Shown: piece by piece, positions 9,629 through 19,327 of the stretch | How positions within the stretch are numbered: the first letter of the stretch is position 1 | Layout: every line of letters starts with the position of its first letter | Assembly: GCA_963753975.1 (NCBI GenBank) | Contig: CAVWEH010000005.1 | Location: 224,001 to 288,000 of the forward strand | Origin: an uncultured delta proteobacterium | GTDB lineage: Bacteria > Desulfobacterota > Syntrophia > Syntrophales > Smithellaceae | Length of the DNA stretch: 64,000 nucleotides | Reading direction: 5' to 3' | The notes under the pieces: generated by a model | Told to the model about the DNA's origin: nothing | The model's database searches: none | The model's input: the letters and a program-made list of their open reading frames with translations, nothing else | Program-made: the position numbers and the translations under genes

Positions 9629-10978
9629 ATGGAAGAAATCTTTGCTGATTTAAAAAAAGGTGCTGTTGCACGTTGTTATCTTCTTTATGGAGAAGAGGAA
9701 TATCAAATCAGCGCAGCCCTCGATAAAATTTTGGATATAATCTTACCTGCGGCCGACCGGGATTTCGGTCTTTTTTATCTGTCAGGCGAAAATACCGACA
9801 CGGATAGTCTGGTTAATTACCTTTTAACACCTTCCCTATTGGGCGGCAGGAAAGTAGTTGTAGCAAAAAATACCGCTATCTTTCAATCCCGCGAAAATTT
9901 AGCCGATCTGATTGACAAAATACGCAGCAACATTGATGAAAATCCGGATAAAGCGGCAAAATCTTTCCTGACTTTTTTAAAGCTCGCGGGTTTTTCTTTA
10001 GAAGATTTACAAGACGACGGCTGGAAGAAGATTACCGACGAAGAATGGCAAAAAGTTGTAGAGGACGATGCGGGAGAAGAACGCGCCAAATGGCTGCCTC
10101 GTGTTTTAGCTCTTTTATCCGGCCGGGGATTGAGCCCGGATTCCGACGCCGATGATACGGAGAAATTGGGAGAAATTCTGCAAAAAGGTTGGGCCGCCGG
10201 AAACTGCTTAATTCTTACGGCCTCCGCCGTTGATAAAAGAAAAAAGATTTTCAAAATTATCGACCAAATAGGCGAAGTGCTTTACTTCGGTAAAGCTCGC
10301 GGGGAGGCCGGGCAAAGGGAAAATTTAATAAAAGCAGCGCAGAAATTACTGAATAAGTACGGCAAAAAACTGACAGAGGCGGCATGGATTCTCCTGGGCC
10401 AAAAGACGGGCTGGGAATTAAGGCGCTCCATGACGGAATTGGAAAAGCTTATCTTTTTTGTGGGGGAGCGCCCCGTAATCGAGGAAAATGATGTAGAAGA
10501 AGTTGTGGGCAGGACCAGGGAAGAATCTATATTTGCTTTAACTGCCGCTCTGGCCGAAAAAAATCAACTGGCCGCGCTCAGTGCTCTCCAAGCTCTATTG
10601 GATCAGGGCTTACACCATTTGATGATCCTGACTATGCTCGTCCGAGAAATTAGATTTTTGTTACAGGCCAGAATTTTAGCGGATGCGGGAAAAATACCGG
10701 CCGGGAAAAAAAATGCGGAATACGGCTGGTTCCAAAAGAATGTCATCCCCAAGCTCAATGCCATCGGGGAATCCTTGGCCCAGCTTGACGGCCTCCTTTT
10801 CCGCCAGCATCCGTTTGTTATTTATAATGTCTGGAGAAACTGCGGAAATTTTTCTTCTCCCCTTCTGATCAACTTTCTCGAGGAACTACTGGAGATTGAC
10901 CGCGCCTTTAAATCAACGGCCGCGGAGCCGCGTTTTTTACTGGAAAATTTCTTAATTAAAGCGTGTGCCAAAGATTGA
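9629..10978 (+). CDS. holA: DNA polymerase III subunit delta
   Basis: YLLYGEE start, ELEKL, IFAL, IDRAFKS end; carries an internal insertion. Confidence 0.85.
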   Translation: MEEIFADLKKGAVARCYLLYGEEEYQISAALDKILDIILPAADRDFGLFYLSGENTDTDSLVNYLLTPSLLGGRKVVVAKNTAIFQSRENLADLIDKIRSNIDENPDKAAKSFLTFLKLAGFSLEDLQDDGWKKITDEEWQKVVEDDAGEERAKWLPRVLALLSGRGLSPDSDADDTEKLGEILQKGWAAGNCLILTASAVDKRKKIFKIIDQIGEVLYFGKARGEAGQRENLIKAAQKLLNKYGKKLTEAAWILLGQKTGWELRRSMTELEKLIFFVGERPVIEENDVEEVVGRTREESIFALTAALAEKNQLAALSALQALLDQGLHHLMILTMLVREIRFLLQARILADAGKIPAGKKNAEYGWFQKNVIPKLNAIGESLAQLDGLLFRQHPFVIYNVWRNCGNFSSPLLINFLEELLEIDRAFKSTAAEPRFLLENFLIKACAKD

Positions 10979-10989
10979 TGGCTTTTAAA

Positions 10990-11128
10990 ATGAAATTTCC
11001 CCTGTCGCAGGAAGCATGAGGTAACTGACCCGATATATCCCGAATCGCTTCGCTTACGGAATTGATCCCGCCTGCAGCGGGATCAATTCCACTAATCCAA
11101 TAGCCGGAGGCTATGGGAAGTTTCATTG
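10990..11128 (-). repeat. Dispersed structured intergenic element, copy B (with inverted ends)
   Basis: Minus strand: caatgaaacttcc-catagcc-tcc-ggctattg-gattagtggaattgatccc...gcgaagc...catg; ends atgaaatttccc / gggaagtttcat. Confidence 0.65.
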
Positions 11129-11129
11129 A

Positions 11130-11651
11130 TTACAGCTTTTTGATTTTTTTTTGTGCCTGCCTTTTGGTTCGCGGCAGTCTTCTGGCCGGACCCTTCTTTT
11201 TGCGCTGGTGAACTCCTCTTTCTTCTTCGCCTCCCTGTTCAAATACTGCGCTCAATGACGAAGATATAGCTCTATTTATAATTCTTTCAAACGCAGGAGA
11301 TGACAGAGCAGTTTTGCCCTGCCGCGTTACATAGGAAGCTATCTCCCGATCGGAAGAAACGACTACTATTTCTTCGGCGGTTTGATCGGTAATTCTTTTG
11401 ATGACATCGTCCGCTTTTTCTCCGTGCCGCGAATAAATAATTTCGATATTTTCGTGTCTGTCCCTTTCTTCCTGGGCGGAACCGCCTTTCCAGCCGTCGA
11501 AAACTACCGTAATTCTATGTCCCCTTTTTCTTTTATAATCGGCGAGCTTCGACATTAAGGCCAGGCGTCCCGCCTCGAGGCTCAGCCGCTCATAACGCCG
11601 TAAAAGATCGGATTGCCGGATTAAATTATAGCCATCAACTAAAATATACAT
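11130..11651 (-). CDS. NYN domain ribonuclease (YacP/Rae1-like)
   Basis: ILVDGYN, VVFDG, ADDVI, VVSSD motifs. Confidence 0.9.
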   Translation of the reverse strand: MYILVDGYNLIRQSDLLRRYERLSLEAGRLALMSKLADYKRKRGHRITVVFDGWKGGSAQEERDRHENIEIIYSRHGEKADDVIKRITDQTAEEIVVVSSDREIASYVTRQGKTALSSPAFERIINRAISSSLSAVFEQGGEEERGVHQRKKKGPARRLPRTKRQAQKKIKKL

Positions 11652-11868
11652 AACTCAATATTGGCACAGATAGCAGAGCTCTTCAATGAAATTATATGCG
11701 GGGGTTTTTTTCTTGACTTTGGCGCGTTTTGTCTGCTACGTTTCCATAGGAATAAAAACCCCGATCAATTATTTTATGCAATAAATACAAATATTTATTA
11801 TGGAGAATGCAGTTACTGCTTATAATTCGCGCTGACAAATTAATTCCCATTAAGGAGAATTTTTATTT

Positions 11869-12906
11869 ATGAAAACTCGGATTACAGAACTCTTCGGTAT
11901 CAGGTATCCTATTATTTTATCCGGTATGAGTTGGATCAGCGTGCCGAAAATGGTTGCCGCCGTTTCCAATGCCGGCGGATTAGGTATTTTAGCTACCGGT
12001 CCATTGAATGCCGAACAAACGCGAAAAGCAATAAAAGAAATCCGCAGGCTTACCGACAAGCCTTTTGGGGCCAACGCCACTCTGCTTTTTCCTGGGGCGA
12101 GTGAAAACGCCAAAGTTCTATTAGAAGAAAAAGTACCGGTGATTAATTTTTCGCTGGGCAAAGGCGATTGGCTGGTAGCGGCGGCTCACGCCTATGGCGG
12201 AAAAGTAATTGCTACGGTTGTTAACGCGCGTCACGCCAAACGCGCGCAGGATTACGGCGCTGATGGCGTTGTGGCGACGGGCCATGAAGCGGCAGCGCAC
12301 GGCGAACACATCACATCCCTTGTTCTTATCCCTTCTCTGGTCGATACCATTAATATTCCCGTCATTGCCGCCGGCGGTTTTGCCGATGGGCGGGGATTGG
12401 CCGCTGCGCTTGCTCTGGGTGCCGAAGGAATAGCGATGGGCACTCGCTTTATGACCACCAGGGAAAGTCCTCTGCATGAAATTTATAAAAATTTATCCAT
12501 CGAAAAAGACGTCAACGATACGCTTTTTTCCGATCGTTTTGACGGGATTTTATGCCGCGTCCTGAAAACACCTGCCGCTAAAAAAGCCATTGAGCGCGGC
12601 CTGAATTTACCTGCGGCTTTCTTTAATTCGCAGGAGATTGCTAAGCAATTGGGTTTGCCCTTTAGCAAGCTATTTGCCGGAGTATTGTTATCCGGCTGGA
12701 AAAACGCCCGGCAACTGGCCTTTATGGCCAATGGATTCAAGGCAATAAAACTCGCTACGGAAAAAGGTGATATGAAAAAGGGCGTACTTCCCGTGGGGCA
12801 GGCTACCGGCCTGATTCATGATGAACCGACAGTGCCTGAACTGATGGAAAGAATTGTGGCGCAGGCGAAATTACAGCAGCAAAAACTTAATAATCAATTT
12901 TCTTAA
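11869..12906 (+). CDS. Nitronate monooxygenase / FabK-like flavin oxidoreductase
   Basis: VSNAGGLG, GHEAAAHG, IAAGGFADGRG, MGTRF. Confidence 0.88.
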   Translation: MKTRITELFGIRYPIILSGMSWISVPKMVAAVSNAGGLGILATGPLNAEQTRKAIKEIRRLTDKPFGANATLLFPGASENAKVLLEEKVPVINFSLGKGDWLVAAAHAYGGKVIATVVNARHAKRAQDYGADGVVATGHEAAAHGEHITSLVLIPSLVDTINIPVIAAGGFADGRGLAAALALGAEGIAMGTRFMTTRESPLHEIYKNLSIEKDVNDTLFSDRFDGILCRVLKTPAAKKAIERGLNLPAAFFNSQEIAKQLGLPFSKLFAGVLLSGWKNARQLAFMANGFKAIKLATEKGDMKKGVLPVGQATGLIHDEPTVPELMERIVAQAKLQQQKLNNQFS

Positions 12907-12925
12907 ATAGTGGATTTAGAATAGT

Positions 12926-13678
12926 ATGTTTCAGAATAAAAAAGTAGTTGTAGTCATGCCGGCCTATAACGCCGAGAAGACTCTCCTTAAAACATACGAG
13001 GAGGTTATGGCTCAGCGCATTGTTGATTTAGTTATTTTTGTCGATGATGCCAGTTCCGATAATACCGTAAAAATCGCTTCCGGCCTCCCCCAGACTAGAC
13101 TTTACGCTCACAAAAATAATCGCGGTTACGGCGGCAACCAAAAAACCTGTTATCGTCTCGCGCTGGAAGAAGGCGCGGATATTGTGATTATGGTGCATCC
13201 CGATTATCAGTACACGCCGAAGCTGATTTCGGCCATGGCCTCATTAATCGCGAGCGGTCTTTATCATTGCGTCCTCGGTTCCCGCATCCTGGGCGGCTAT
13301 GCCTTAAAAGGCGGTATGCCGTTTTGGAAATATATTGCTAACCGCTTTTTGACCCTTGTAGAAAATTTTCTGTTTGGAGCGAAACTCTCCGAATATCATA
13401 CCGGATACCGCGCCTTTTCCCGGGAGCTATTATTGAGATTGCCGCTGCAAAATAATTCCGATGATTTCGTTTTTGACAATCAAATGCTTGCTCAGATAAT
13501 CTGGTTTAACTATACTGTGGCCGAAGTGAGCTGTCCGACAAGTTATTTCGCGGAAGCATCCTCCATTAATTTTATCCGCAGCATAAAATACGGGCTGGAC
13601 TGTTTGAAAACGGCTTGCGGATTTCGCCTGGCTAAAATAAACTTCATCCATTCGCCCCTATTCCCCGCTCATGAATAG
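12926..13678 (+). CDS. Glycosyltransferase family 2 (polyprenol-phosphate glycosyltransferase-like)
   Basis: VVMPAYN, VDDAS, GYGGNQK, HPDYQY, GSR. Confidence 0.9.
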   Translation: MFQNKKVVVVMPAYNAEKTLLKTYEEVMAQRIVDLVIFVDDASSDNTVKIASGLPQTRLYAHKNNRGYGGNQKTCYRLALEEGADIVIMVHPDYQYTPKLISAMASLIASGLYHCVLGSRILGGYALKGGMPFWKYIANRFLTLVENFLFGAKLSEYHTGYRAFSRELLLRLPLQNNSDDFVFDNQMLAQIIWFNYTVAEVSCPTSYFAEASSINFIRSIKYGLDCLKTACGFRLAKINFIHSPLFPAHE

Positions 13679-15788
13679 AAAATACAAATATCTGATCATC
13701 ATTTTTTTGACAGTTGCGTCCTTTGCTGCCTTTGGTCGAATAGTGGCTAATGATTTTGTTAATTTCGATGATAACGTATATATCACCGAAAATAATCATA
13801 TTCAGGCAGGCCTTAATTCCGAAACTATTAAATGGGCATTCAGCACTGTTGTCTCCAGTAACTGGCACCCCCTGACGCTACTCTCTCATGCTCTGGACTG
13901 GAGCTTATTCGGAGCCAACGCCTCCGGCCATCATCTGGTAAATTTATTATTGCACATCGGCGGTGTTCTCTTTTTATTCTTTTTTTTAGAAAAAACGACC
14001 AAGTCCCTCTGGCCTTCCGCCTTTGTAGCGGCTCTTTTCGCCCTGCATCCCCTGCGGGTGGAATCGGTGGCCTGGGCTGCAGAACGCAAAGATGTTTTGA
14101 GCATGTTTTTCGGCATGGCGACCATCTACGTCTATGCCGGCTACGTGAAAGAGCAAAAACTCTCCCGATATTTTCTTTGTATAGTATTATTTGCTCTGGC
14201 GCTAATGGCCAAACCCATGCTGGTTACCCTGCCTTTTGTGCTTATTCTTCTTGATTACTGGCCGCTCGAAAGATGGCCAAAGGCTTTAGCTTACGTAAAC
14301 CTGCCGGCAGCGGCCACTGCCAGATCGGAAAAGAAGAAAACTAAACAGCGCAGGGCCGATTCTTCTAAAGAGAAGAAGATATCCCCGCCGCTGACGAGCA
14401 GTTCTTCCATCGTCCGTTCTCTTTTATGGGAAAAGGCGCCATTCTTTTTATTAGCAATCGTCTCGAGTATTGTTACTCTCTGGGCGCAAAATAAAGGAGG
14501 CGCCGTTGCTTCCTTGCAGAAAATACCGGTTGCTGAACGTTTCTCCAACGCGATTGTCTCTTACGTTTCTTATCTTGGTAAAACTTTCTGGCCGGTTGAT
14601 CTGGCTGTTTTTTATCCCTACCTGCATTCATTCCCCTACTGGCAGATTTTTGCTGCCGCCTTGTTTCTGCTGGGAATCAGCATAGCTGCTGTCCTTTCCA
14701 GGAAAAAGACGCCTTTTCTATTTGTGGGCTGGTTTTGGTATCTGGGAACTCTGATTCCCGTAATCGGTTTGGTGCAGGTCGGCAGTCAGGCTATGGCCGA
14801 CCGCTATACTTATCTGCCTTCCATCGGCATCGGCATTATGCTCGTCTGGGGTATCTTTTATTTATTGCCCCGGGAAAAACTGCGTAAAATAATTTTAATT
14901 CCGGCCGCAGTCATTGTTCTTTCCGTTTTGACATTTTTGACCTGGCAGCAATGCGGCTACTGGAAAAACAGCATTGAACTTTTTAATCATGCTTTGCAGG
15001 TTACTAAAGCTAACTATTTGGCCTATAACAATCTTGGCGTAGCCTTAGCCGAGGAAGGAAAAAATGAAGAAGCAATAGCCCATTATCTTGCGGCAATTAA
15101 GATTAATCCCTATTATGCCGATTCCCATTCTAATCTGGGCGCAGCTTTAGCCGCAGAAGGGAAAAATGAAGAAGCCATAGCCCACTACCTTGCGGCAATT
15201 GATATTGATCCCCATCATGCCGATTTCCATTCTAATCTGGGCGTAGCTTTAGCCGCCGAAGGAAAAAATGAAGAAGCCATCGAACATTATCTTGCAGCAA
15301 TTAAAATTAATCAGGATTATGATGATGCCTATTATAATTTAGCCAATTTACTTATCAAACAGGGAAAGATTGAAGAAGCTATAGGCCGTTATCGCGAAAC
15401 AATTAAAATCAATCCCGATAACGCCCGCGCCCATTATAATTTAGCCGATATCCTTGCCAAACAAGGAAAAATCGAAGAGGCCATCGATCATTTCCGCGAG
15501 GTGCTGCGCATTAATCCTTCTTCTTTTGCCGCCCTTAATAATCTGGGGGTTAATTTAGAAAAACAACTCAAACACGACGAGGCAATTTACTATTACCAAA
15601 GGGCTTTGCAGATAGAGCCCAAAAACCCGGGTGTCCATTTTAATTTAGGCGTAGCTCTGGGCAATAAAGGTGACCTGAAAGAAGCTATTGAACATTTTCG
15701 AGAGGCTATTTATCTGAAGCCTGACTACGAACAGGCCCGCAAGGCATTGAAGATGGCCCTGGATATGGCGCGAGAACAAAAGCGCTGA
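13671..15788 (+). CDS. TMTC-like membrane glycosyltransferase (GT-C) with C-terminal TPR array
   Basis: FDD, WHPLT, HPLRVESVAW, ADRYTYLP motifs followed by many TPRs. Confidence 0.85.
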   Translation: MNRKYKYLIIIFLTVASFAAFGRIVANDFVNFDDNVYITENNHIQAGLNSETIKWAFSTVVSSNWHPLTLLSHALDWSLFGANASGHHLVNLLLHIGGVLFLFFFLEKTTKSLWPSAFVAALFALHPLRVESVAWAAERKDVLSMFFGMATIYVYAGYVKEQKLSRYFLCIVLFALALMAKPMLVTLPFVLILLDYWPLERWPKALAYVNLPAAATARSEKKKTKQRRADSSKEKKISPPLTSSSSIVRSLLWEKAPFFLLAIVSSIVTLWAQNKGGAVASLQKIPVAERFSNAIVSYVSYLGKTFWPVDLAVFYPYLHSFPYWQIFAAALFLLGISIAAVLSRKKTPFLFVGWFWYLGTLIPVIGLVQVGSQAMADRYTYLPSIGIGIMLVWGIFYLLPREKLRKIILIPAAVIVLSVLTFLTWQQCGYWKNSIELFNHALQVTKANYLAYNNLGVALAEEGKNEEAIAHYLAAIKINPYYADSHSNLGAALAAEGKNEEAIAHYLAAIDIDPHHADFHSNLGVALAAEGKNEEAIEHYLAAIKINQDYDDAYYNLANLLIKQGKIEEAIGRYRETIKINPDNARAHYNLADILAKQGKIEEAIDHFREVLRINPSSFAALNNLGVNLEKQLKHDEAIYYYQRALQIEPKNPGVHFNLGVALGNKGDLKEAIEHFREAIYLKPDYEQARKALKMALDMAREQKR
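15030..15335 (+). repeat. Three near-identical 102-bp TPR-coding tandem units
   Basis: Units start at 15030, 15132 and 15234, each encoding NLG.ALA.EGKNEEAI.HYLAAI. Confidence 0.85.
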
Positions 15789-16445
15789 TTAACCGTTGGC
15801 CGCGGCTTTCAGTCCGGCAATCGTTTTTTGATAATCACCGCTGCCGAAGATAGAGGCGCCGGCAACTATTACCTGTGCGCCGGCCGCAATAATACTTTTA
15901 ACGTTTTGTAAATTAACTCCGCCGTCGACTTCCAGCAAAGGTTTGTTCGGCAGGCCTTGCAACATTTGGTCGGCCTTGCTAATTTTAGGCAAAGTGTCTC
16001 CAATAAATTTCTGTCCGCCAAAGCCCGGATTAACGGCCATAACCAGCAAAAGCTCAATGTCCGGAAGAATATTTTCGATCCGTGTGAGCGGCGTATTCGG
16101 ATTCAGCGATACTCCGGATTTTTTGCCGTATTTTTTTATCAGGTCAATTATCCGGCGGAGATTATCGGTTGCTTCCACGTGAACAGTAATAATATCGGCG
16201 CCGGCTTTTGCAAAAGATTCAATATAGTTTTCGGGATTTTCAATCATTAAGTGCACATCGAAAGGCAGTTTTGTTGTTTTTCTCAGTGCTGATATTATCC
16301 CCGGACCCATGGTGATATTGGGAACAAAGTGCCCATCCATCACGTCAACATGAATCCAATCGGCGCCGGCTTTTTCCACGGCGGCAATTTCCTCGTTCAG
16401 CCTTCCGCCGTCAGCGGACAGGATTGAAGGAGCAATGAGTACCAT
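15789..16445 (-). CDS. rpe: Ribulose-phosphate 3-epimerase
   Basis: IAPSILSAD, HVDVMDGHFVPN, DVHLM, VNPGFGGQ, VDGG. Confidence 0.96.
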   Translation of the reverse strand: MVLIAPSILSADGGRLNEEIAAVEKAGADWIHVDVMDGHFVPNITMGPGIISALRKTTKLPFDVHLMIENPENYIESFAKAGADIITVHVEATDNLRRIIDLIKKYGKKSGVSLNPNTPLTRIENILPDIELLLVMAVNPGFGGQKFIGDTLPKISKADQMLQGLPNKPLLEVDGGVNLQNVKSIIAAGAQVIVAGASIFGSGDYQKTIAGLKAAANG

Positions 16446-16510
16446 TGATTACTTTCTCCCGGTTCATTTGTTGAGTTAATTATACTAAAGTTTTCTCTCT
16501 GTCAATCTAA

Positions 16511-16689
16511 AGAAGGCAGAAGGTTAAAGGCTGAAGGAAAAAGCATTGTATCACTCCGGCAATTAAATATCTAAACAGTGCCATGAAGACGAAAAGGCCA
16601 TGTCGAAGAGGAAAAAATAATTTCATCCCCTCCTTTTTCTTATGTCCTGAAGGGGTATTAGCCTGACAGCCTTCAGTCTGCAGCCCAAA
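16511..16689. repeat. Inverted pair of degenerate 7-bp tandem arrays
   Basis: Left: agaaggc agaaggt taaaggc tgaagga; right: gcctgaca gccttca gtctgca gcccaaa (gccttca is the reverse complement of tgaaggc). Confidence 0.55.
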
Positions 16690-16745
16690 GGACTTATCCT
16701 AAGGAAAAGCTTGACACAAATGCGGAAAAATCTAAAGATACGCGT

Positions 16746-18035
16746 ATGTACATTTTATATAATGTTTTATTGCTGGTTGCCGCGATAATTATCGTACCCT
16801 ATTATTTGCTCAAAATTATTTTCACCGGCAAATATCGTAAAAGTTTAATCCCGAAACTGGGCGGAAGACAGACAAAAATACTGGCCAATTTGAAAAATGG
16901 GCCGCGTGTATGGATACACGCCGTTTCAGTCGGCGAAGTAACCGCCGCCGCACCGATTACCGCTTCTTTAAAAATAAAAAGACCGGATGTAGAAATTATT
17001 TTTTCCACTTCTACCGAAACAGGCCAGGAAATGGCACGCCGTCTTATCCAGGGCGCTGCCGCATTTATTTATTTCCCCCTGGATATCCCCCCTGTTGTGC
17101 ACAAAAGCATAAACCTGGTCAATCCTAATGTTTTTGTTATGGTGGAAACGGAACTCTGGCCTAATTTTCTCAAAGCCTGTAAATCAAAAAAGATAAAAAC
17201 CCTGATGGTTAATGGGCGGTTTTCTTTGCGCTCTTACGGTAAATATCGCCGGACCAGGTTTTTTTGGAAAAAAATTCTTCATGATTTATCTGCCGCCGGT
17301 ATGATTACCAAGATCGATGCGGCGCGTTTTACAAATATCGGCATGCCGGAAGATAAGATTCAAGTTCTCGGAAACGCCAAGTATGACGCGTTGGCAGCCA
17401 TGGCCTCACCCGCCCTGCAGAAAGAAATTGCCGGCCGATTTAATGTACGGGCGGAGGAGAGATTTTTCGTGGCGGGCTCTACCCATCCGGGCGAAGAAGA
17501 AATTATCATCGATGTATATAAGAAGCTTTTAAATCACTATCCCGAATTTAAACTAGTTATTGTTCCGCGGCATATTGAAAGAACCCACGCGATCTTGGAA
17601 CTTCTGCGGGAATCAGGGTTACCGGACGCCGTTACTCTGACCGATATGAATAAAGGCAAAATACGCAAGAACGAACGTATTGTTGTTGTTGATGTTATCG
17701 GTGAGCTTTTCAAGATTTATTCGCTGGCGACTATTGTTTATTGCGGCGGAAGCCTTGTCCCCAAAGGCGGGCAGAATATCTTAGAGGCTGCCGCCTGGGG
17801 AAAAGTAATTTTTTACGGCCCTTCGATGGACGATTTCAGCGAAGAAAAATCCCTGCTGGAAGAAGCTGGTTCAAGCGTGACGATACGAAGTGCGCAAGAT
17901 TTGCTTCAAAATATTCTTCACACACTGAAATATCCCGAAGAACTGGAAAAGAGAGGAGCCAGAGGCAAAGCTGTTGTGGCCGCCAATATGGGCGCCGCCG
18001 CCAGATATGCAAATTTAATCAGCAAACATATCTAA
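16746..18035 (+). CDS. waaA: 3-deoxy-D-manno-octulosonic acid (Kdo) transferase
   Basis: WIHAVSVGE, ETELWPN, GNAKYD, AGSTHPGEE, VPRHIER, GGSL..GGQN. Confidence 0.95.
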   Translation: MYILYNVLLLVAAIIIVPYYLLKIIFTGKYRKSLIPKLGGRQTKILANLKNGPRVWIHAVSVGEVTAAAPITASLKIKRPDVEIIFSTSTETGQEMARRLIQGAAAFIYFPLDIPPVVHKSINLVNPNVFVMVETELWPNFLKACKSKKIKTLMVNGRFSLRSYGKYRRTRFFWKKILHDLSAAGMITKIDAARFTNIGMPEDKIQVLGNAKYDALAAMASPALQKEIAGRFNVRAEERFFVAGSTHPGEEEIIIDVYKKLLNHYPEFKLVIVPRHIERTHAILELLRESGLPDAVTLTDMNKGKIRKNERIVVVDVIGELFKIYSLATIVYCGGSLVPKGGQNILEAAAWGKVIFYGPSMDDFSEEKSLLEEAGSSVTIRSAQDLLQNILHTLKYPEELEKRGARGKAVVAANMGAAARYANLISKHI

Positions 18036-18097
18036 TAAGGGCTTTATTCGAAACCGGACAGATATAATGCCGGCTGCAATTTATCGAGGAGGATCTT

Positions 18098-19081
18098 ATG
18101 CTGAAAAAATACGAGGCTCTGAGCAAAGGGGTCAACCTGACCGCGGCTTTCACGGCCAGATCGGTTATTTACAGGTACCTGAACAGGACCAACCTGATTC
18201 GCTACTCGGAACTTTCCCGACTTATCGGCGGCGAGGCATTCGTCAAGCATGAAAATCACAATCCGACGGGATCATTCAAGATCAGAGGGGCGCTTAATTT
18301 CTTTCATCACATGTCCAAGGAAGAGCTGGAGGCCGGCATCCTGGTTGCCACCAGAGGCAACCACGGCCTGGCTATGGCCTGGGCGGGACAATGGTTCCAC
18401 GTGCCCTGCACGGTTGTCGTACCGGAGGGCAACAATCCGGAAATCAACAGAACGATTGAAAGTTACGGCGCGGAACTTATTGTCCACGGGGAAGACTTTT
18501 ATGACGCGCAATCATACTGCGAAGAGCTCGTGGACAGCGCCGGCTATTACTATGTCCAGCAGGGTAACGAACCGGAAATCCTAAACGGCCTGGCCACCAT
18601 GGGACTGGAGATCATGGAGGACCTGCCCCAAGTAGATACAATCATTTGTCCTATCGGCGGCGGCGCGGGTTGCGCTTCACTTGTCAAAACCATGCGGGCA
18701 TTAAAACCCGATATCGAGATAATTGGCGTCGAGGCGCAGAATGCCCCCTCCTTCTACAATTCCTGGAAAAAGGGAGAAATTATAATTCTTGATGATGCGC
18801 ATACGGTTGCCGACGGCCTGGCCGCAAGAAGTGTGTTCCATCTTCCTTATGTCATTCTAAAGGACACCATCAGTGATGTCGTTTTGCTTGCCGAAAACGA
18901 GATACTGGAAGGAATCAGGATGGCACTTACCACCACACATAATCTCGCCTGCGCCGCAGGCGCCGCTTCCCTGATGGCCGCATACAAAATAAAAGACCGT
19001 CTTTCCGGCAAGAAAGTGGTTATGATCATGTCCGGCGGGAACCTGAATATGGATACCCTGAAAACTGCACTTGGACGCTGA
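18098..19081 (+). CDS. PLP-dependent threonine/serine dehydratase family protein
   Basis: KHENHNPTGSFKIRG, ATRGNHG, PIGGG, ADGLA, SGGN; no regulatory ACT domain. Confidence 0.88.
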   Translation: MLKKYEALSKGVNLTAAFTARSVIYRYLNRTNLIRYSELSRLIGGEAFVKHENHNPTGSFKIRGALNFFHHMSKEELEAGILVATRGNHGLAMAWAGQWFHVPCTVVVPEGNNPEINRTIESYGAELIVHGEDFYDAQSYCEELVDSAGYYYVQQGNEPEILNGLATMGLEIMEDLPQVDTIICPIGGGAGCASLVKTMRALKPDIEIIGVEAQNAPSFYNSWKKGEIIILDDAHTVADGLAARSVFHLPYVILKDTISDVVLLAENEILEGIRMALTTTHNLACAAGAASLMAAYKIKDRLSGKKVVMIMSGGNLNMDTLKTALGR

Positions 19082-19327
19082 TGCACGTTAGTATATTTTA
19101 ATAAAATTTGGGGATATTAGAGTACAGCAGGTTTAGGAGTGACTAAATTAAATCGAGAGAAAGAGGTTCTATATTGACGTACATAGCGCGCCTCGATAAT
19201 TCGACAAGAAACGTCGTGTCTATGCAAAGTTATCAAGTCCTGAATACTCTCTCCGGATAGTCTCCGCCACTGGTGGCAAAAATGACTATTTTATCCGTCT
19301 TGTTTTGTTCCGTCATATTCTTCTTTT

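Noticed and set aside
19150..19265. Possible additional copy of the element (gagact...gtcgaattatc on the minus strand)
   Set aside because: Only two short motifs match; no convincing stem1 or loop.
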